64,000 bases of DNA from Candidatus Oxydemutatoraceae bacterium (GTDB lineage Bacteria; Pseudomonadota; Gammaproteobacteria; Poriferisulfidales; Oxydemutatoraceae), in contig OZ244779.1 in NCBI GenBank assembly GCA_965219575.1, positions 268,769 through 332,768 of the forward strand, written 5' to 3'. Each line of letters starts with the position of its first letter. The first letter of the stretch is position 1. The notes beneath the pieces are model-generated. The model saw nothing but the letters and a program-made list of their open reading frames with translations. It had not been told where the DNA came from and did no database searches. Made by a program: the position numbers and the translations under genes. Below are positions 19,807-29,726 of this stretch, piece after piece.

Positions 19807-21507
19807 CTAATTTCCTCTGGGTTCTATGGGTTTGGTTGTGTTGGATATCACCTGCGCGCCTAATTTCTCTTGCAGTGCTTGCACATTGGGATCCTCCTGA
19901 ATAGACACCTCGGCGTTGTGCTGCCTTTGCCGATTTATTTTTTCATCTTCGGAAATCGGTGTTGCATCGGGTGTGGCGTATTTGAATGTTAATTCTATAT
20001 TGTTGCCGTTGAGTTGTTTAAGTTTATTCAATATCTTCGCTTTAATATTTTCGGTGCATAAATCTTTAATGCCCGGAGGAACTTTTATGGTGGCTTGATT
20101 ATCGGACTCGATGACTATTGACGAGTTAAGACATATTGCGCGAGCTGCACCCATAAGCCCCGCTGCTTCTACATAGTGTCGCCAGTCGTCTATGCTTTTG
20201 CAAGCCAAGAGATTCTTTTGCCCTACCGATGTGTCATGAGTAGCCGAGGAGTCATTCGAGGCTTGTGTGTTTTTGTTTGTATGAGATACTTCGGCAACGG
20301 CATCGGTCGGAGGTTCGGATTCGGGTGTAGCAGATTTTTCAGTGTGCGCACCTACTCTAGGTGTAGAGACGCTTGCATTTGTTCGGGTTTGTTCGGGCGC
20401 AGGTCGAGAGATTGCTTCTGAATGAAACGGGACAAAACATACCATCTTTAGCATAGTCATCTCGAATGCAGCTTTATAATCGGAGACCACTGCCATATCG
20501 CGTTTGGCAGCCAATGCAAACTGATAGTAGAGTTGCGTATCCTCCGGCTTGAGCGCGGTTGCCAGCGTAGCAACATCCGCCGCGTCAAATTGCGGCGGCA
20601 GTTCGGCTTGGGGTAATGCTTGTCGCAATGCGACTTGATGCAATAAAGCAATCAACTCTCTGATCACATCGTTAAAGTCCACACCCGCTCTATAAATCTT
20701 TTCGCTCGTATCCAGCACGCCGGCTATATCCTGATCGGCAACGCATTTGAGTAGGCTTGCAACCTGCGCTCTCGATGCGGTACCCAACATCGTCTTTACT
20801 TCCTTATCTTTGAGCGCACCGTTTCCGTAAGAGATCGCTTGATCCAATAAGCTGAGTGCGTCTCGCACACTACCATCGGCGGCAACGGCGATTTCATTCA
20901 GTGCATTTTCTTCAAACGCAATCTCTTCTTTGTCGAGCATTCTGGCAAGATAATCTCCGATGGCGGTATAAGGCAGGCGCAATAAATTGAATTGTAAACA
21001 GCGCGATAAAATGGTCACCGGTATCTTTTGCGGGTGCGTGGTTGCAAAGAAAAATTTTATATGCTCGGGTGGCTCTTCCAAAGTTTTTAATAGCGCGTTG
21101 AAGCTACTGATAGATAGCATATGCACCTCGTCTATTAGATAGATTTTATAAGTGCCGACATTCGGTGCATAGGGAACATTGTCCAGTAGTTCGCGCATGT
21201 TTTCCACACCGGTACGCGACGCTGCATCGACTTCGATCAAATCCACATAGCGACCTGCGTCGGTTTGTTCGCACGCGGCACATCGATTACACGGGGTCGC
21301 ACCGACACCCGTCTCGCAGTTAAAACATTTAGCGAGTATTCTGGCTAAAGTCGTTTTGCCTACGCCGCGGGTGCCACTGAACAAATAGGCGTGATGTAGC
21401 CGACCGAGAGATAAAGCATTTTGTAATGCTTGAACGACATGCTGTTGCCCCACAACCTCCTCGAAAGTACGCGGTCGCCATTTGCGCGCAAGAACCTGAT
21501 AACTCAT
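19807..21507 (-). CDS. dnaX: DNA polymerase III subunit gamma/tau
   Basis: YQVLARKWRP, GTRGVGKTT, IDEVHML, LKTLEEPP. Confidence 0.97.
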   Translation of the reverse strand: MSYQVLARKWRPRTFEEVVGQQHVVQALQNALSLGRLHHAYLFSGTRGVGKTTLARILAKCFNCETGVGATPCNRCAACEQTDAGRYVDLIEVDAASRTGVENMRELLDNVPYAPNVGTYKIYLIDEVHMLSISSFNALLKTLEEPPEHIKFFFATTHPQKIPVTILSRCLQFNLLRLPYTAIGDYLARMLDKEEIAFEENALNEIAVAADGSVRDALSLLDQAISYGNGALKDKEVKTMLGTASRAQVASLLKCVADQDIAGVLDTSEKIYRAGVDFNDVIRELIALLHQVALRQALPQAELPPQFDAADVATLATALKPEDTQLYYQFALAAKRDMAVVSDYKAAFEMTMLKMVCFVPFHSEAISRPAPEQTRTNASVSTPRVGAHTEKSATPESEPPTDAVAEVSHTNKNTQASNDSSATHDTSVGQKNLLACKSIDDWRHYVEAAGLMGAARAICLNSSIVIESDNQATIKVPPGIKDLCTENIKAKILNKLKQLNGNNIELTFKYATPDATPISEDEKINRQRQHNAEVSIQEDPNVQALQEKLGAQVISNTTKPIEPRGN

Positions 21508-21528
21508 TTATTTGATTATAATAAAAAA

Positions 21529-21626
21529 GCCTCCCGCGACCGCCGATCTTCGGCACCCAGTTCCATTGCTACCGTTGCTTCCTTCCGAACCTGGCGGGGT
21601 TCACAACAAACTGCCGCGAAGGAGCC
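21529..21626 (-). ncRNA. ffs: Signal recognition particle 4.5S RNA
   Basis: Minus strand GTGAACCCCGCCAGG.TCGGAAGGAAGCAACGGTAG core with pairing ends; upstream of dnaX. Confidence 0.92.
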
Positions 21627-21710
21627 GTCGCGAAAGACCGGCATATTATAGCGTATCCAGACCCACTGTGTCATAAATATTGCCTTCCTTTGGCGGGGTG
21701 GTTCTCCTAT

Positions 21711-22080
21711 GGGGCTGTTGAAAAAGTATCCACGAACTATGGGAACGGTACATTCCCCTCCTGTGGAGGGGTGGCCTATGCATTTTGCAATGCATGCGTT
21801 TAGCAGTCATGCTGAGGTTCTGAACAAAGTCACGCCGATTGACCTACTGGTTCAATCGGCGGTTCTATTTAGCCTGACGGGGTGGTTGCTGCGTATCAGC
21901 ACAGTTTATACATTCATCCAATTTATGGAAACCAAAACCAAATGGCGCAAGCGGTTGGGTTCGTGCAAACATGACGCGTGTTCGGGCGGACATGCCAGTC
22001 CGCCCCTACGACTCGGTGGTTTGCATAAATTCATGGCGCAAGCGGCTACGGTTGTGCAACGATACTTTTTCAACAGCCCC
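21711..22080. mobile_element. MITE (GGGGCTGTTGAAAAAG TIR family)
   Basis: TIRs at both ends; 5-bp duplication CCTAT at 21706-21710 and 22081-22085. Confidence 0.85.
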
Positions 22081-22081
22081 C

Positions 22082-23092
22082 CTATACATCGCGAGCGGAG
22101 TTCCTAAGATAATCAAACGAAGCCGTCACACAAGGCGGCGTGAGAATTCTAAGTTTAATACTGCCCTGCCGATGTAAATGCCACGGAATGGCATCTATAA
22201 GCATCCTGTCTTTGGAATTGACCACACCCCTCCATTTATCGGCTGCCGCCGAAGTCAATAGATAAGCCATAGCCGATGTCGGTTGCTCGGCGGGGACTGC
22301 CGTATCGTAGTCCCCGAATAGCGTTTTCTGGCTGGGTCTAAGGGGCAATCCTCCTATTCGACAAGCTGCGTAAATACGCACATTTTCCTCTTTATTTCTG
22401 TAAATTATGTGGTGATCGGGATTATAGAGTTTTAACAGGCACTTATAAGCATTAATGGAATATTTGAATAACCTGTTGGCTGTTGTTGAGCTACTCAGCA
22501 GCATTAACAGCCACCATTGAAATTTGGTAATAGCAGTCCAGTCTAACCGGTTGTGAGATGCCGGCATAGGTGGCATCATTCGTCTGAACCATCGGGTTCT
22601 TCTCAATTTTGGGAATAGCGAGCAGTCTATCTCGGGAGTTTCCGTGATGTCTTTTTGGATATCGGGGTTCGTCGCCGGTATATACCTGATCGTTTTAGAA
22701 TGGCTGGACAACATGAGTATGTCCCAAGAGGTTTTTAGGGCGGCGTGTAGTATTCCGGGAAAATCGGATGCGATACGAACATCGTCTTCCAATATACAGG
22801 CGGCAGAGTCATTATGCCTCGCCATTAAGTGATAGGCTTTAACATGGCTTAAGGCACATGCAAGGTGGTCATAAAAATAATGGGTGTTTCTCTGCTCAAT
22901 AAGGATTTTATCAATGCCCAATAGCTCGGCAACTTCGGCTCGGTATTGCGGAGATTTCAAATCGTGTTTGTCTATCGCATCTACGAATTGATAATCCAAG
23001 TTCAATGTATCGAGTTGTCTTTTTATATGTAGTCTGCGCTCAGGCGTGCGTTTGAGGCTTATCACATAGATAGGACACGGATTCACTTTCAT
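22082..23092 (-). CDS. Glycosyltransferase family 25 protein
   Basis: IYVISLKR..ERR, FVDAID, ACALSH, ILEDD. Confidence 0.88.
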   Translation of the reverse strand: MKVNPCPIYVISLKRTPERRLHIKRQLDTLNLDYQFVDAIDKHDLKSPQYRAEVAELLGIDKILIEQRNTHYFYDHLACALSHVKAYHLMARHNDSAACILEDDVRIASDFPGILHAALKTSWDILMLSSHSKTIRYIPATNPDIQKDITETPEIDCSLFPKLRRTRWFRRMMPPMPASHNRLDWTAITKFQWWLLMLLSSSTTANRLFKYSINAYKCLLKLYNPDHHIIYRNKEENVRIYAACRIGGLPLRPSQKTLFGDYDTAVPAEQPTSAMAYLLTSAAADKWRGVVNSKDRMLIDAIPWHLHRQGSIKLRILTPPCVTASFDYLRNSARDV

Positions 23093-23176
23093 ACTCGGAC
23101 AGGTTCGGACGGTCGGGTTTATGCTCCAACATTGTTTTGCTTTTATGTGCGCTTTCTATACAATGAATATCGTTCA

Positions 23177-23953
23177 ATGAAAACCGATAAACATCCCGAA
23201 ATCCTCATTATATCAGGCTTTGACCCGTCCGGCAGTGCCGGATTGATTGCCGACATCGAAGCCGTACACGCCCTCGGCTGTCGTAGCCGTGCAGTCATTA
23301 CCTGTCAAACGCTACAAAACGAAGAAAATGCGACAGCTTGCGTAGCAAGCGATGCAACCGAGTTCAAAGCCCAGTTGCGCTCCGTGATGGATGGACATGC
23401 TTTCTCGGCAATCAAGATAGGCTTAACACCCTCACCCGAAATAATAGAAATAATCACCGAAGTGCTACCCGGCTTAAATTGTCCGATCGTGATTGACCCG
23501 ATTATCGCCGCCGGTGGTGGCTATGTGTTTTGCAACTCTAAAACTATAGAGTGCCTTTGTCGCAAATTAATTCCCCTATGCGATCTTGCGACACCCAATG
23601 TACAAGAACTCAAACAACTTGCAGGGACATCCGACTCCGAGCAGGCTTCGACATTACTGCTTGAACAGGGATGCCGGGCGGTTTTAGTCACTAGCGAATA
23701 TCAAAAGGGAAATCGCTTATACCATCGCCTCTATAGACCGAACCATCCACCTGAAGTATATACTGCCGACAGATTGCCCCATCGCTATCGCGGTAGCGGT
23801 TGCATACTCGCCAGCGCAATAACCGCCTACCTAGCACACCGAAGCGAATTGGTAGCGGCTATTCAACAGGGACAAGAATTTACCTATCACTGTTTGACGG
23901 CTGCAACTCCCGCAGGGCAAGGTATTGCTATTCCGCAACGTTTTAAGCGATGA
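23177..23953 (+). CDS. thiD: Hydroxymethylpyrimidine/phosphomethylpyrimidine kinase
   Basis: GFDPSGSAGLIADI, TPN..E, GSGC.LAS; upstream of thiE. Confidence 0.88.
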   Translation: MKTDKHPEILIISGFDPSGSAGLIADIEAVHALGCRSRAVITCQTLQNEENATACVASDATEFKAQLRSVMDGHAFSAIKIGLTPSPEIIEIITEVLPGLNCPIVIDPIIAAGGGYVFCNSKTIECLCRKLIPLCDLATPNVQELKQLAGTSDSEQASTLLLEQGCRAVLVTSEYQKGNRLYHRLYRPNHPPEVYTADRLPHRYRGSGCILASAITAYLAHRSELVAAIQQGQEFTYHCLTAATPAGQGIAIPQRFKR

Positions 23954-24591
23954 ACTTAAAGGGTTTATATCTGATTGCCGATACCGCGCAGTTGATAGAA
24001 AAAAATATGGACACCGGTATCGCCTCGCTGATAGAAGCAGGCGTGTCAATGATTCAATTTCGCAACAAAACACACCGCGTTGATAAACACACAAAACACC
24101 GGCTTGCCCGAACAATACAAGCACAATGCCGAAGCTACGACATTCCCTTTATCGTCAACGACGATATCTCGTTGGCAATGGCAATGGATGCGGACGGCGT
24201 GCATCTGGGAAAAAACGATATGGCTGTGCAGGAGGCAAGACAGCGATTGGGTTCTAATAAGTATATCGGTGTGTCGTGTTATGCTTCTGCATCGCGTGCT
24301 TTACAAGCGCAACAAAACGGTGCCGACTATGTCGCTTTCGGTGCAGTTTTTAATTCCATCACCAAACCTCAAGCCGAGCGTTTGGCTTCGTCCACCGAAG
24401 AGTCTCTATGTGTATTAGAAAAACTAAGTAAAGGAATCAATATACCGATATGCGCAATCGGCGGCATCACGCCGGACAACGCAAAACAAGTGCTCGGCTG
24501 CGGTGTGCAGATCATCGCAGTGGCTTCGGGGATATTAAAAGCAGTTAATTCCCGTCAGGCGGTAGAACATTATCGCCGCGCATGGTTTTAG
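23950..24591 (+). CDS. thiE: Thiamine phosphate synthase
   Basis: Q.R.K, NDD, DGVHLG, GADYVAFG, AIGGI. Confidence 0.93.
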   Translation: MNLKGLYLIADTAQLIEKNMDTGIASLIEAGVSMIQFRNKTHRVDKHTKHRLARTIQAQCRSYDIPFIVNDDISLAMAMDADGVHLGKNDMAVQEARQRLGSNKYIGVSCYASASRALQAQQNGADYVAFGAVFNSITKPQAERLASSTEESLCVLEKLSKGINIPICAIGGITPDNAKQVLGCGVQIIAVASGILKAVNSRQAVEHYRRAWF

Positions 24592-24595
24592 CCTA

Positions 24596-24911
24596 GGGCT
24601 GTTGAAAAAGTATCGTCAGCATGCAACCGTAACCGCTTGCGCCCCTCAATTACGCAAACCACCTGTAGGGGCGGACTGGCATGTCCGCCCTTAAGTGCCG
24701 TTCTGCACAGCCGTAACCGCTTGCGCCGTATGGTTTTTCCATAAATCGGATGAATGAATGTATAAATCGTGCAGATGCAACGCGTTACGGGCAGAACAAA
24801 GCCGCCGATTGAGCCAGTAGGTCAATCGGCGTGACTTTGTTTAGAACCTCAACATGACTGCTAAACGCACGCATTGCAAAATGCATAGGCCACCCCTCCA
24901 GAGGAGGGGAA
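24596..24911. repeat. Composite repeat starting with an unpaired left MITE TIR
   Basis: GGGCTGTTGAAAAAGTA, GTAG-type REP hairpin, GCCGATTGA hairpin and CCCCTCC/GGAGGGG hairpin. Confidence 0.8.
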
Positions 24912-24992
24912 CTGTCCACTCCTACACATGTCGGTCATATACAGGTTATAATGTGCAAATTGGTTTATAAACATAATAATCTATTTTTTAGG

Positions 24993-26132
24993 ATGTACGA
25001 TTTATATAAAACTCCGAAACTAATAGGGCAAGTTCTCCTTGTTGTTTTTCTACTTGCGGTCTTAGGCTCACAAATTGTGTCGGCACAGACGACCTTGCCA
25101 GATTGCACTAAGTCCTTAATAAACTTGCCCGAGTATGCAGAGGATGACGATGATGTGCCTCAAAATATGGATATTGACAAAGACGACGACGGCTTGATAG
25201 AAATCTGTGATTTAGAGGGGCTGTTTGAGATTCGCAATAACCTAACAGGTCAAGGAACTATAGCACAAGGTTGTCCTGCAGAGGGTTGCGAAGGTTTTGA
25301 ACTAACAAGGGATTTGGACTTCACCGCTGACGATAGCTATCGCACGACAGCCACCAAAGTAATGTACACAGTTGACAAGTACGACGATCCCGACGATACC
25401 GGCTGGGAACCGATAAGAACTTTTCCCAATTTTTTCAACGCAGAATTTGAAGGCAACGGACACACGATATCTAATCTTATGATCAACAGAAGTACGAATG
25501 ACATAGGCTTGTTTGGTATTACGGCCTCTTCTTCTAATATTGCTAATATTGGTTTACTGGATGTACGCATCGTAGGAGGGGATGATGTAGGTGGTTTAGT
25601 CGGCGATAATACCGGTTCTATCATGAATAGCTATGCGACGGGTTCTGTTTCGGGAAATAATCAGATAGGCGGTCTAGTCGGTCGGAGTGGTTCTGTGAAT
25701 AGTTCCATCACCAACAGCTATGCGAGGGGTTCTGTTTCAGGAACTAGTGATGTAGGCGGTTTGGTCGGTACGGATAATGGCGGTTCCATCATGAACAGCT
25801 ATGCGGCGAACTCTGTTTTAGGAGTTTCTCTTTTCGGCAATTTGGTTGGTGTCCTTAACGGTTCCATCAAAAACAGCTATGCGACAGGTACTCACAACTT
25901 AGTTGGTTCTTCAGGTCTTTCACACACCATCACAAACAGTTTTACGAGAACCGTAACACAACTGTCAAAACCGACAATGCCGGGGACAACGGCAACCGAG
26001 ATTTATTACAACTGGGATCCCGCCGTGTGGAATTTCGGCACTCCAAGTGATCTTCCGACACTCATAAACGCGCAGTTAATAGAAGGTATCCGAATCCGCA
26101 CCAAAGTATTTTTAGAAGGTCCCCTTCAATAA
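24993..26132 (+). CDS. Secreted GLUG-repeat adhesin-like protein with KVFLEGPLQ tail, copy 1
   Basis: Signal peptide (VSA-Q), DIDKDDDGLIEI, FEGNGHTISNL.I, repeated VGGLVG...I.NSYA.G.V. Confidence 0.75.
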   Translation: MYDLYKTPKLIGQVLLVVFLLAVLGSQIVSAQTTLPDCTKSLINLPEYAEDDDDVPQNMDIDKDDDGLIEICDLEGLFEIRNNLTGQGTIAQGCPAEGCEGFELTRDLDFTADDSYRTTATKVMYTVDKYDDPDDTGWEPIRTFPNFFNAEFEGNGHTISNLMINRSTNDIGLFGITASSSNIANIGLLDVRIVGGDDVGGLVGDNTGSIMNSYATGSVSGNNQIGGLVGRSGSVNSSITNSYARGSVSGTSDVGGLVGTDNGGSIMNSYAANSVLGVSLFGNLVGVLNGSIKNSYATGTHNLVGSSGLSHTITNSFTRTVTQLSKPTMPGTTATEIYYNWDPAVWNFGTPSDLPTLINAQLIEGIRIRTKVFLEGPLQ

Positions 26133-26160
26133 CATATCCCCCAATATTTATGGCAGACAA

Positions 26161-26206
26161 TTCCCCTCCTTCGGAGGGGTGGCAGGCGCAGCCTGACGGG
26201 GTGGTT
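26161..26206. repeat. Minimal CCCCTCC/GGAGGGG double-hairpin repeat (empty form)
   Basis: TTCCCCTCCTTCGGAGGGGTGGCAGGCGCAGCCTGACGGGGTGGTT; same core recurs at 30622, 45905 and 60306 in reverse orientation. Confidence 0.75.
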
Positions 26207-26306
26207 GTGTCGTATCTGTACCGGTTAATTCCACTTCTACACATGTCGGTCATATACAGGTTATAATGTGCAAATTAGTTTATAAACATAATAATCTATT
26301 TTCGGT

Positions 26307-27191
26307 ATGTACGATTTATATAAAACTCCGAGATTAATAGGGCAAGTTCTCCTTGTTGTTTTTCTACTTGCGGTCTTAGGTTCACAAATTGTGTCGGCAC
26401 AGACGACCTTGCCAGATTGCACTAAGTCCTTAATAAACTTGCCCGAGTATGCAAAGGATGACGATGATGTGCCTCAAAATATGGATATTGACAAAGACGA
26501 CGACGGCTTGATAGAAATCTGTGATTTAGAGGGGCTGTTTGAGATTCGCAATAACCTAACAGGTCGAGGAACAATGGAACAAGGTTGTCCTACAGAGGGT
26601 TGCGAAGGTTTTGAACTAACAAGGGATTTGGACTTCACTGATGACGATAGCTATCGCACGACAGCCACCAAAGTAATCTACACGACCAATTTCGACGATG
26701 AGGCCGACCTCGGCTGGGAACCGATAGGAGATTTTGACGATCCTTTCAACGCAGAATTTGAAGGCAACGGACACACGATATCTTATCTTATGATTAACAG
26801 AAGACGCGAGAGTGAAATAGGCTTGTTTGGGGGTACGGACACGCAGGCTAAGATTGCTAATATTGGTTTGCTGGAGGTAGACATCAGAGGAAATAATGCG
26901 GTCGGTGGTTTGGTCGGCGATAATGCTGCTTCCATCACGCAGAGTTATGCGGCGGGTTCTAATACTTTAGTCGGTTTGGCTCATCCTTCAGCCACAATCT
27001 CAAACAGTTCAACTAAAACCATAGTAGAACTGAAAACACCGACATCGGCGGAACTCGGGATATACAGCGGCTGGGACCCAGCAGTATGGGATTTCGGCAC
27101 TTCGGACGAACTCCCGACACTCATAAACCTACAAGGCATGGAAGGTATTCGAATCCGAACCAAAGTATTTTTAGAAGGTCCCCTCCAATAA
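26307..27191 (+). CDS. Secreted GLUG-repeat protein with KVFLEGPLQ tail, copy 2 (one repeat)
   Basis: Near-identical N-terminal ~110 aa to copies 1 and 3, same tail. Confidence 0.75.
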   Translation: MYDLYKTPRLIGQVLLVVFLLAVLGSQIVSAQTTLPDCTKSLINLPEYAKDDDDVPQNMDIDKDDDGLIEICDLEGLFEIRNNLTGRGTMEQGCPTEGCEGFELTRDLDFTDDDSYRTTATKVIYTTNFDDEADLGWEPIGDFDDPFNAEFEGNGHTISYLMINRRRESEIGLFGGTDTQAKIANIGLLEVDIRGNNAVGGLVGDNAASITQSYAAGSNTLVGLAHPSATISNSSTKTIVELKTPTSAELGIYSGWDPAVWDFGTSDELPTLINLQGMEGIRIRTKVFLEGPLQ

Positions 27192-27218
27192 CATATCCCC
27201 AATATTTATGGCAGACAA

Positions 27219-27742
27219 TTCCCCTCCTTTGGAGGTGTGGCCCATGCATTTTGCAATGCATGCGTTTAGCAGTCATACTGAGGTTCTGAACAAAGTCACG
27301 CCGATTGACTTTTGACATTCGTGTTATTTCTAATAGCCATAAATAGTTAAATCTCGTATAACGTAACGTTCCTTGTGCTACTGCAACAAGGAACGGTTAT
27401 TTGGTTCAATCGGCGGTTCTATTCAGCCTGACGAGGTGGTTGTGTCGTGGGGCTGTTGAAAAAGTACTTCATACAATGTAGGGGCGGACTTCATTAAATT
27501 GCCGATTGACCTACTGGCTCAATCGGCGGCTCTGTTCTGCCCGTAACGCGTACGTCTGCACGATTTATACATTCATTCACTTGATTTATGGAAACCAAAA
27601 CCAAATGGCGCAAGCGGTTACGGTTATTCTGGACGGTACTTAAGGGCAGACACACAGGTCTGCCCCTACGGCTTGGTGGTTATTATAAATTCATGGCGCA
27701 AACGGTTACGGTTGCACGCTGACGGTACTTTTCAACAGCCCC
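27219..27742. mobile_element. Nested repeat plus MITE (MITE at 27449-27742)
   Basis: MITE flanked by GTCGT duplication; the paralogous spacer near 26205 shows the empty site. Confidence 0.88.
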
Positions 27743-27841
27743 GTCGTATCCGTACCGGTTAATTCCACTCCTACACATATCGGTCATATACAAGTTATAA
27801 TGTGCAAATTGGTTTATAAACATAATAATCTATTTTTCAGT

Positions 27842-29119
27842 ATGTACGATTTATATAAAACTCCGATATTAATAGGGCAAGTTCTCCTTGTCGTTTTTCT
27901 ACTTGCGGTGTTAGGCTCACAAATTGTGTCGGCACAGACGACCTTGCCAGATTGCACTAAGTCCTTAATAAACTTGCCCGAGTATGCAGAGGATGACGAT
28001 GATGTGCCTCAAAATATGGATATTGACAAAGACGACGACGGCTTGATAGAAATCTGTGATTTAGAGGGGCTGTTTGAGATTCGCAATAACCTAACAGGTC
28101 AAGGAACTATAGCACAAGGTTGTCCTGCAGAGGGTTGCGAAGGTTTTGAACTAACAAGGGATTTGGACTTCACCGCTGACGATAGCTATCGCACGACAGC
28201 CAGCAAAGTAATCTACACGACCAATTTCGACGATGAGGCCGACCTCGGCTGGGAACCCATAGGGACTTTTGACAATCCTTTCGACGCAACATTTGAAGGC
28301 AACAGGTACACGATATCTCATCTTATGGTCAACAGAAGCACGAATGACATAGGTTTATTTGGTCTTGCGTCGGTGGTGGCTAGCATTACTAGTATTGGTT
28401 TGCTGGATGTACGCATCGTGGGAAATATGGATGTAGGTGGTTTAGTCGGTTCCAATTTCGGTTCCATAACAAACAGCTATGCGACGGGCTCTGTTTCAGG
28501 AAATGATGATGTAGGCGGTTTAGTCGGTACAAATGCAGGTTCTATCACGAATAGCTATGCGACGGGCTCTGTTTCAGGAACTAATAGTGATGTAGGTGGT
28601 TTAGTGGGTGTGCATTCGGGTTCCATAATGCAGAGTTATGCGGCGAGTACTGTCACAGGAGTGATGCTGCGAGTAGGCGGTTTAGTCGGTTGGAATAGTG
28701 CTATCAATAGTTCCATCGAGGACAGCTATGCGACGGGGAATGTTTCAGGAAATAGTGATGTAGGCGGTTTAGTCGGTCTGGATAATGGCGGTTCCATCAC
28801 GAATAGTTATGCGACGGGTTCTGTTTCAGGAAATAGTGATGTAGGCGGTTTGGTCGGTGCCTATTTCGGTTCCATAACAAACAGCTATGCGACAGGTATT
28901 ATGGCTTTTACTGGTAATAATGGAGGCAAACTCCTTGGCAAAAGCGGATTTAAAACTCTGACAGAACTGGAAACACCGACAGCGGCAACCGGGATATATA
29001 GCGACTGGGATCCCAAAGTGTGGGATTTCGGCAGTGCAACCGATCTCCCGACACTCAGAGACCCGCCGGAGGGTATCCGAATCCGCACCAAAGTATTTTT
29101 AGAAGGTCCCCTCCAATAA
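27842..29119 (+). CDS. Secreted GLUG-repeat protein with KVFLEGPLQ tail, copy 3 (most repeats)
   Basis: Six VGGLVG units, same N-terminus and tail. Confidence 0.75.
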   Translation: MYDLYKTPILIGQVLLVVFLLAVLGSQIVSAQTTLPDCTKSLINLPEYAEDDDDVPQNMDIDKDDDGLIEICDLEGLFEIRNNLTGQGTIAQGCPAEGCEGFELTRDLDFTADDSYRTTASKVIYTTNFDDEADLGWEPIGTFDNPFDATFEGNRYTISHLMVNRSTNDIGLFGLASVVASITSIGLLDVRIVGNMDVGGLVGSNFGSITNSYATGSVSGNDDVGGLVGTNAGSITNSYATGSVSGTNSDVGGLVGVHSGSIMQSYAASTVTGVMLRVGGLVGWNSAINSSIEDSYATGNVSGNSDVGGLVGLDNGGSITNSYATGSVSGNSDVGGLVGAYFGSITNSYATGIMAFTGNNGGKLLGKSGFKTLTELETPTAATGIYSDWDPKVWDFGSATDLPTLRDPPEGIRIRTKVFLEGPLQ

Positions 29120-29121
29120 AA

Positions 29122-29379
29122 CCGCCGATTGCGCCGTGAATTTATAATAACCACCAAGCCGTAGGGCAGTATAAAGCCGCCGATTGAGCCGGTAGGTCAA
29201 TCGGCAACTCTGATGTCTGCCCTTAAGTACCGTTCTGCACGACATCAACCGCTTGCGCCAACAAATAATGGTTTCCATAATATTAATGGGTGAACGCGTT
29301 AATCGTGCAAACATGATACGTTTCGGGCGGACATGCAAGTCCGCCCCTACAACTTTATGGAATACTTTTTCAACAGCCC
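29122..29379. repeat. MITE half with unpaired right TIR
   Basis: Reverse complement of about 50975-51228; ends TACTTTTTCAACAGCCC. Confidence 0.8.
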
Positions 29380-29486
29380 TACATTGCTATTTTGGGCTTA
29401 CAAAACACAAGTTTTTATTGTTTTATCGGTTGATTTGTGTTAGTTTAGTTTTTGCAGCCAATACACTACATTAATGGAGGTATGAA

Positions 29487-29708
29487 ATGGGTATAAATAT
29501 AGATAGTGCGGTAGGAGCCATCTCCTCTCAAGTAAACAAGGAAGAGAGCAAAATTGCCGACATGTCCAAGAACATGGATCCCTCGAATGTAAAAGATGTC
29601 ATGGAACTACAGATGGAATATAGTAAGTACTCTATGGAGGAGGAAACAGTGGCAGCTTTGGTATCTTCAATCAAAAAAATGATCGATAACATAACCCAGC
29701 GCATGTAG
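29487..29708 (+). CDS. sctF: T3SS needle subunit (SctF/YscF-like)
   Basis: 73 aa helical protein, DPSN turn, LQ..YSKYS and C-terminal IK.MID.I.Q pattern; GGAGG RBS; first gene of the T3SS run. Confidence 0.7.
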   Translation: MGINIDSAVGAISSQVNKEESKIADMSKNMDPSNVKDVMELQMEYSKYSMEEETVAALVSSIKKMIDNITQRM

Positions 29709-29726
29709 CGTGGGCTCATTAAAATA

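Noticed and set aside
21709-22107. ORFs inside repeats (also 38874, 40975, 42399-42857, 45542, 51149, 60277) as a protein family
   Set aside because: Their shared peptides come from the non-coding repeat modules read in varying frames and strands
24993-29119. Diversity-generating retroelement acting on the GLUG genes
   Set aside because: No reverse transcriptase in the window and differences are not adenine-specific
24596-29379. Integron cassette array with attC sites
   Set aside because: No integrase, the spacers lack a consistent RYYYAAC/GTTRRRY attC frame, and the genes are paralogous duplicates
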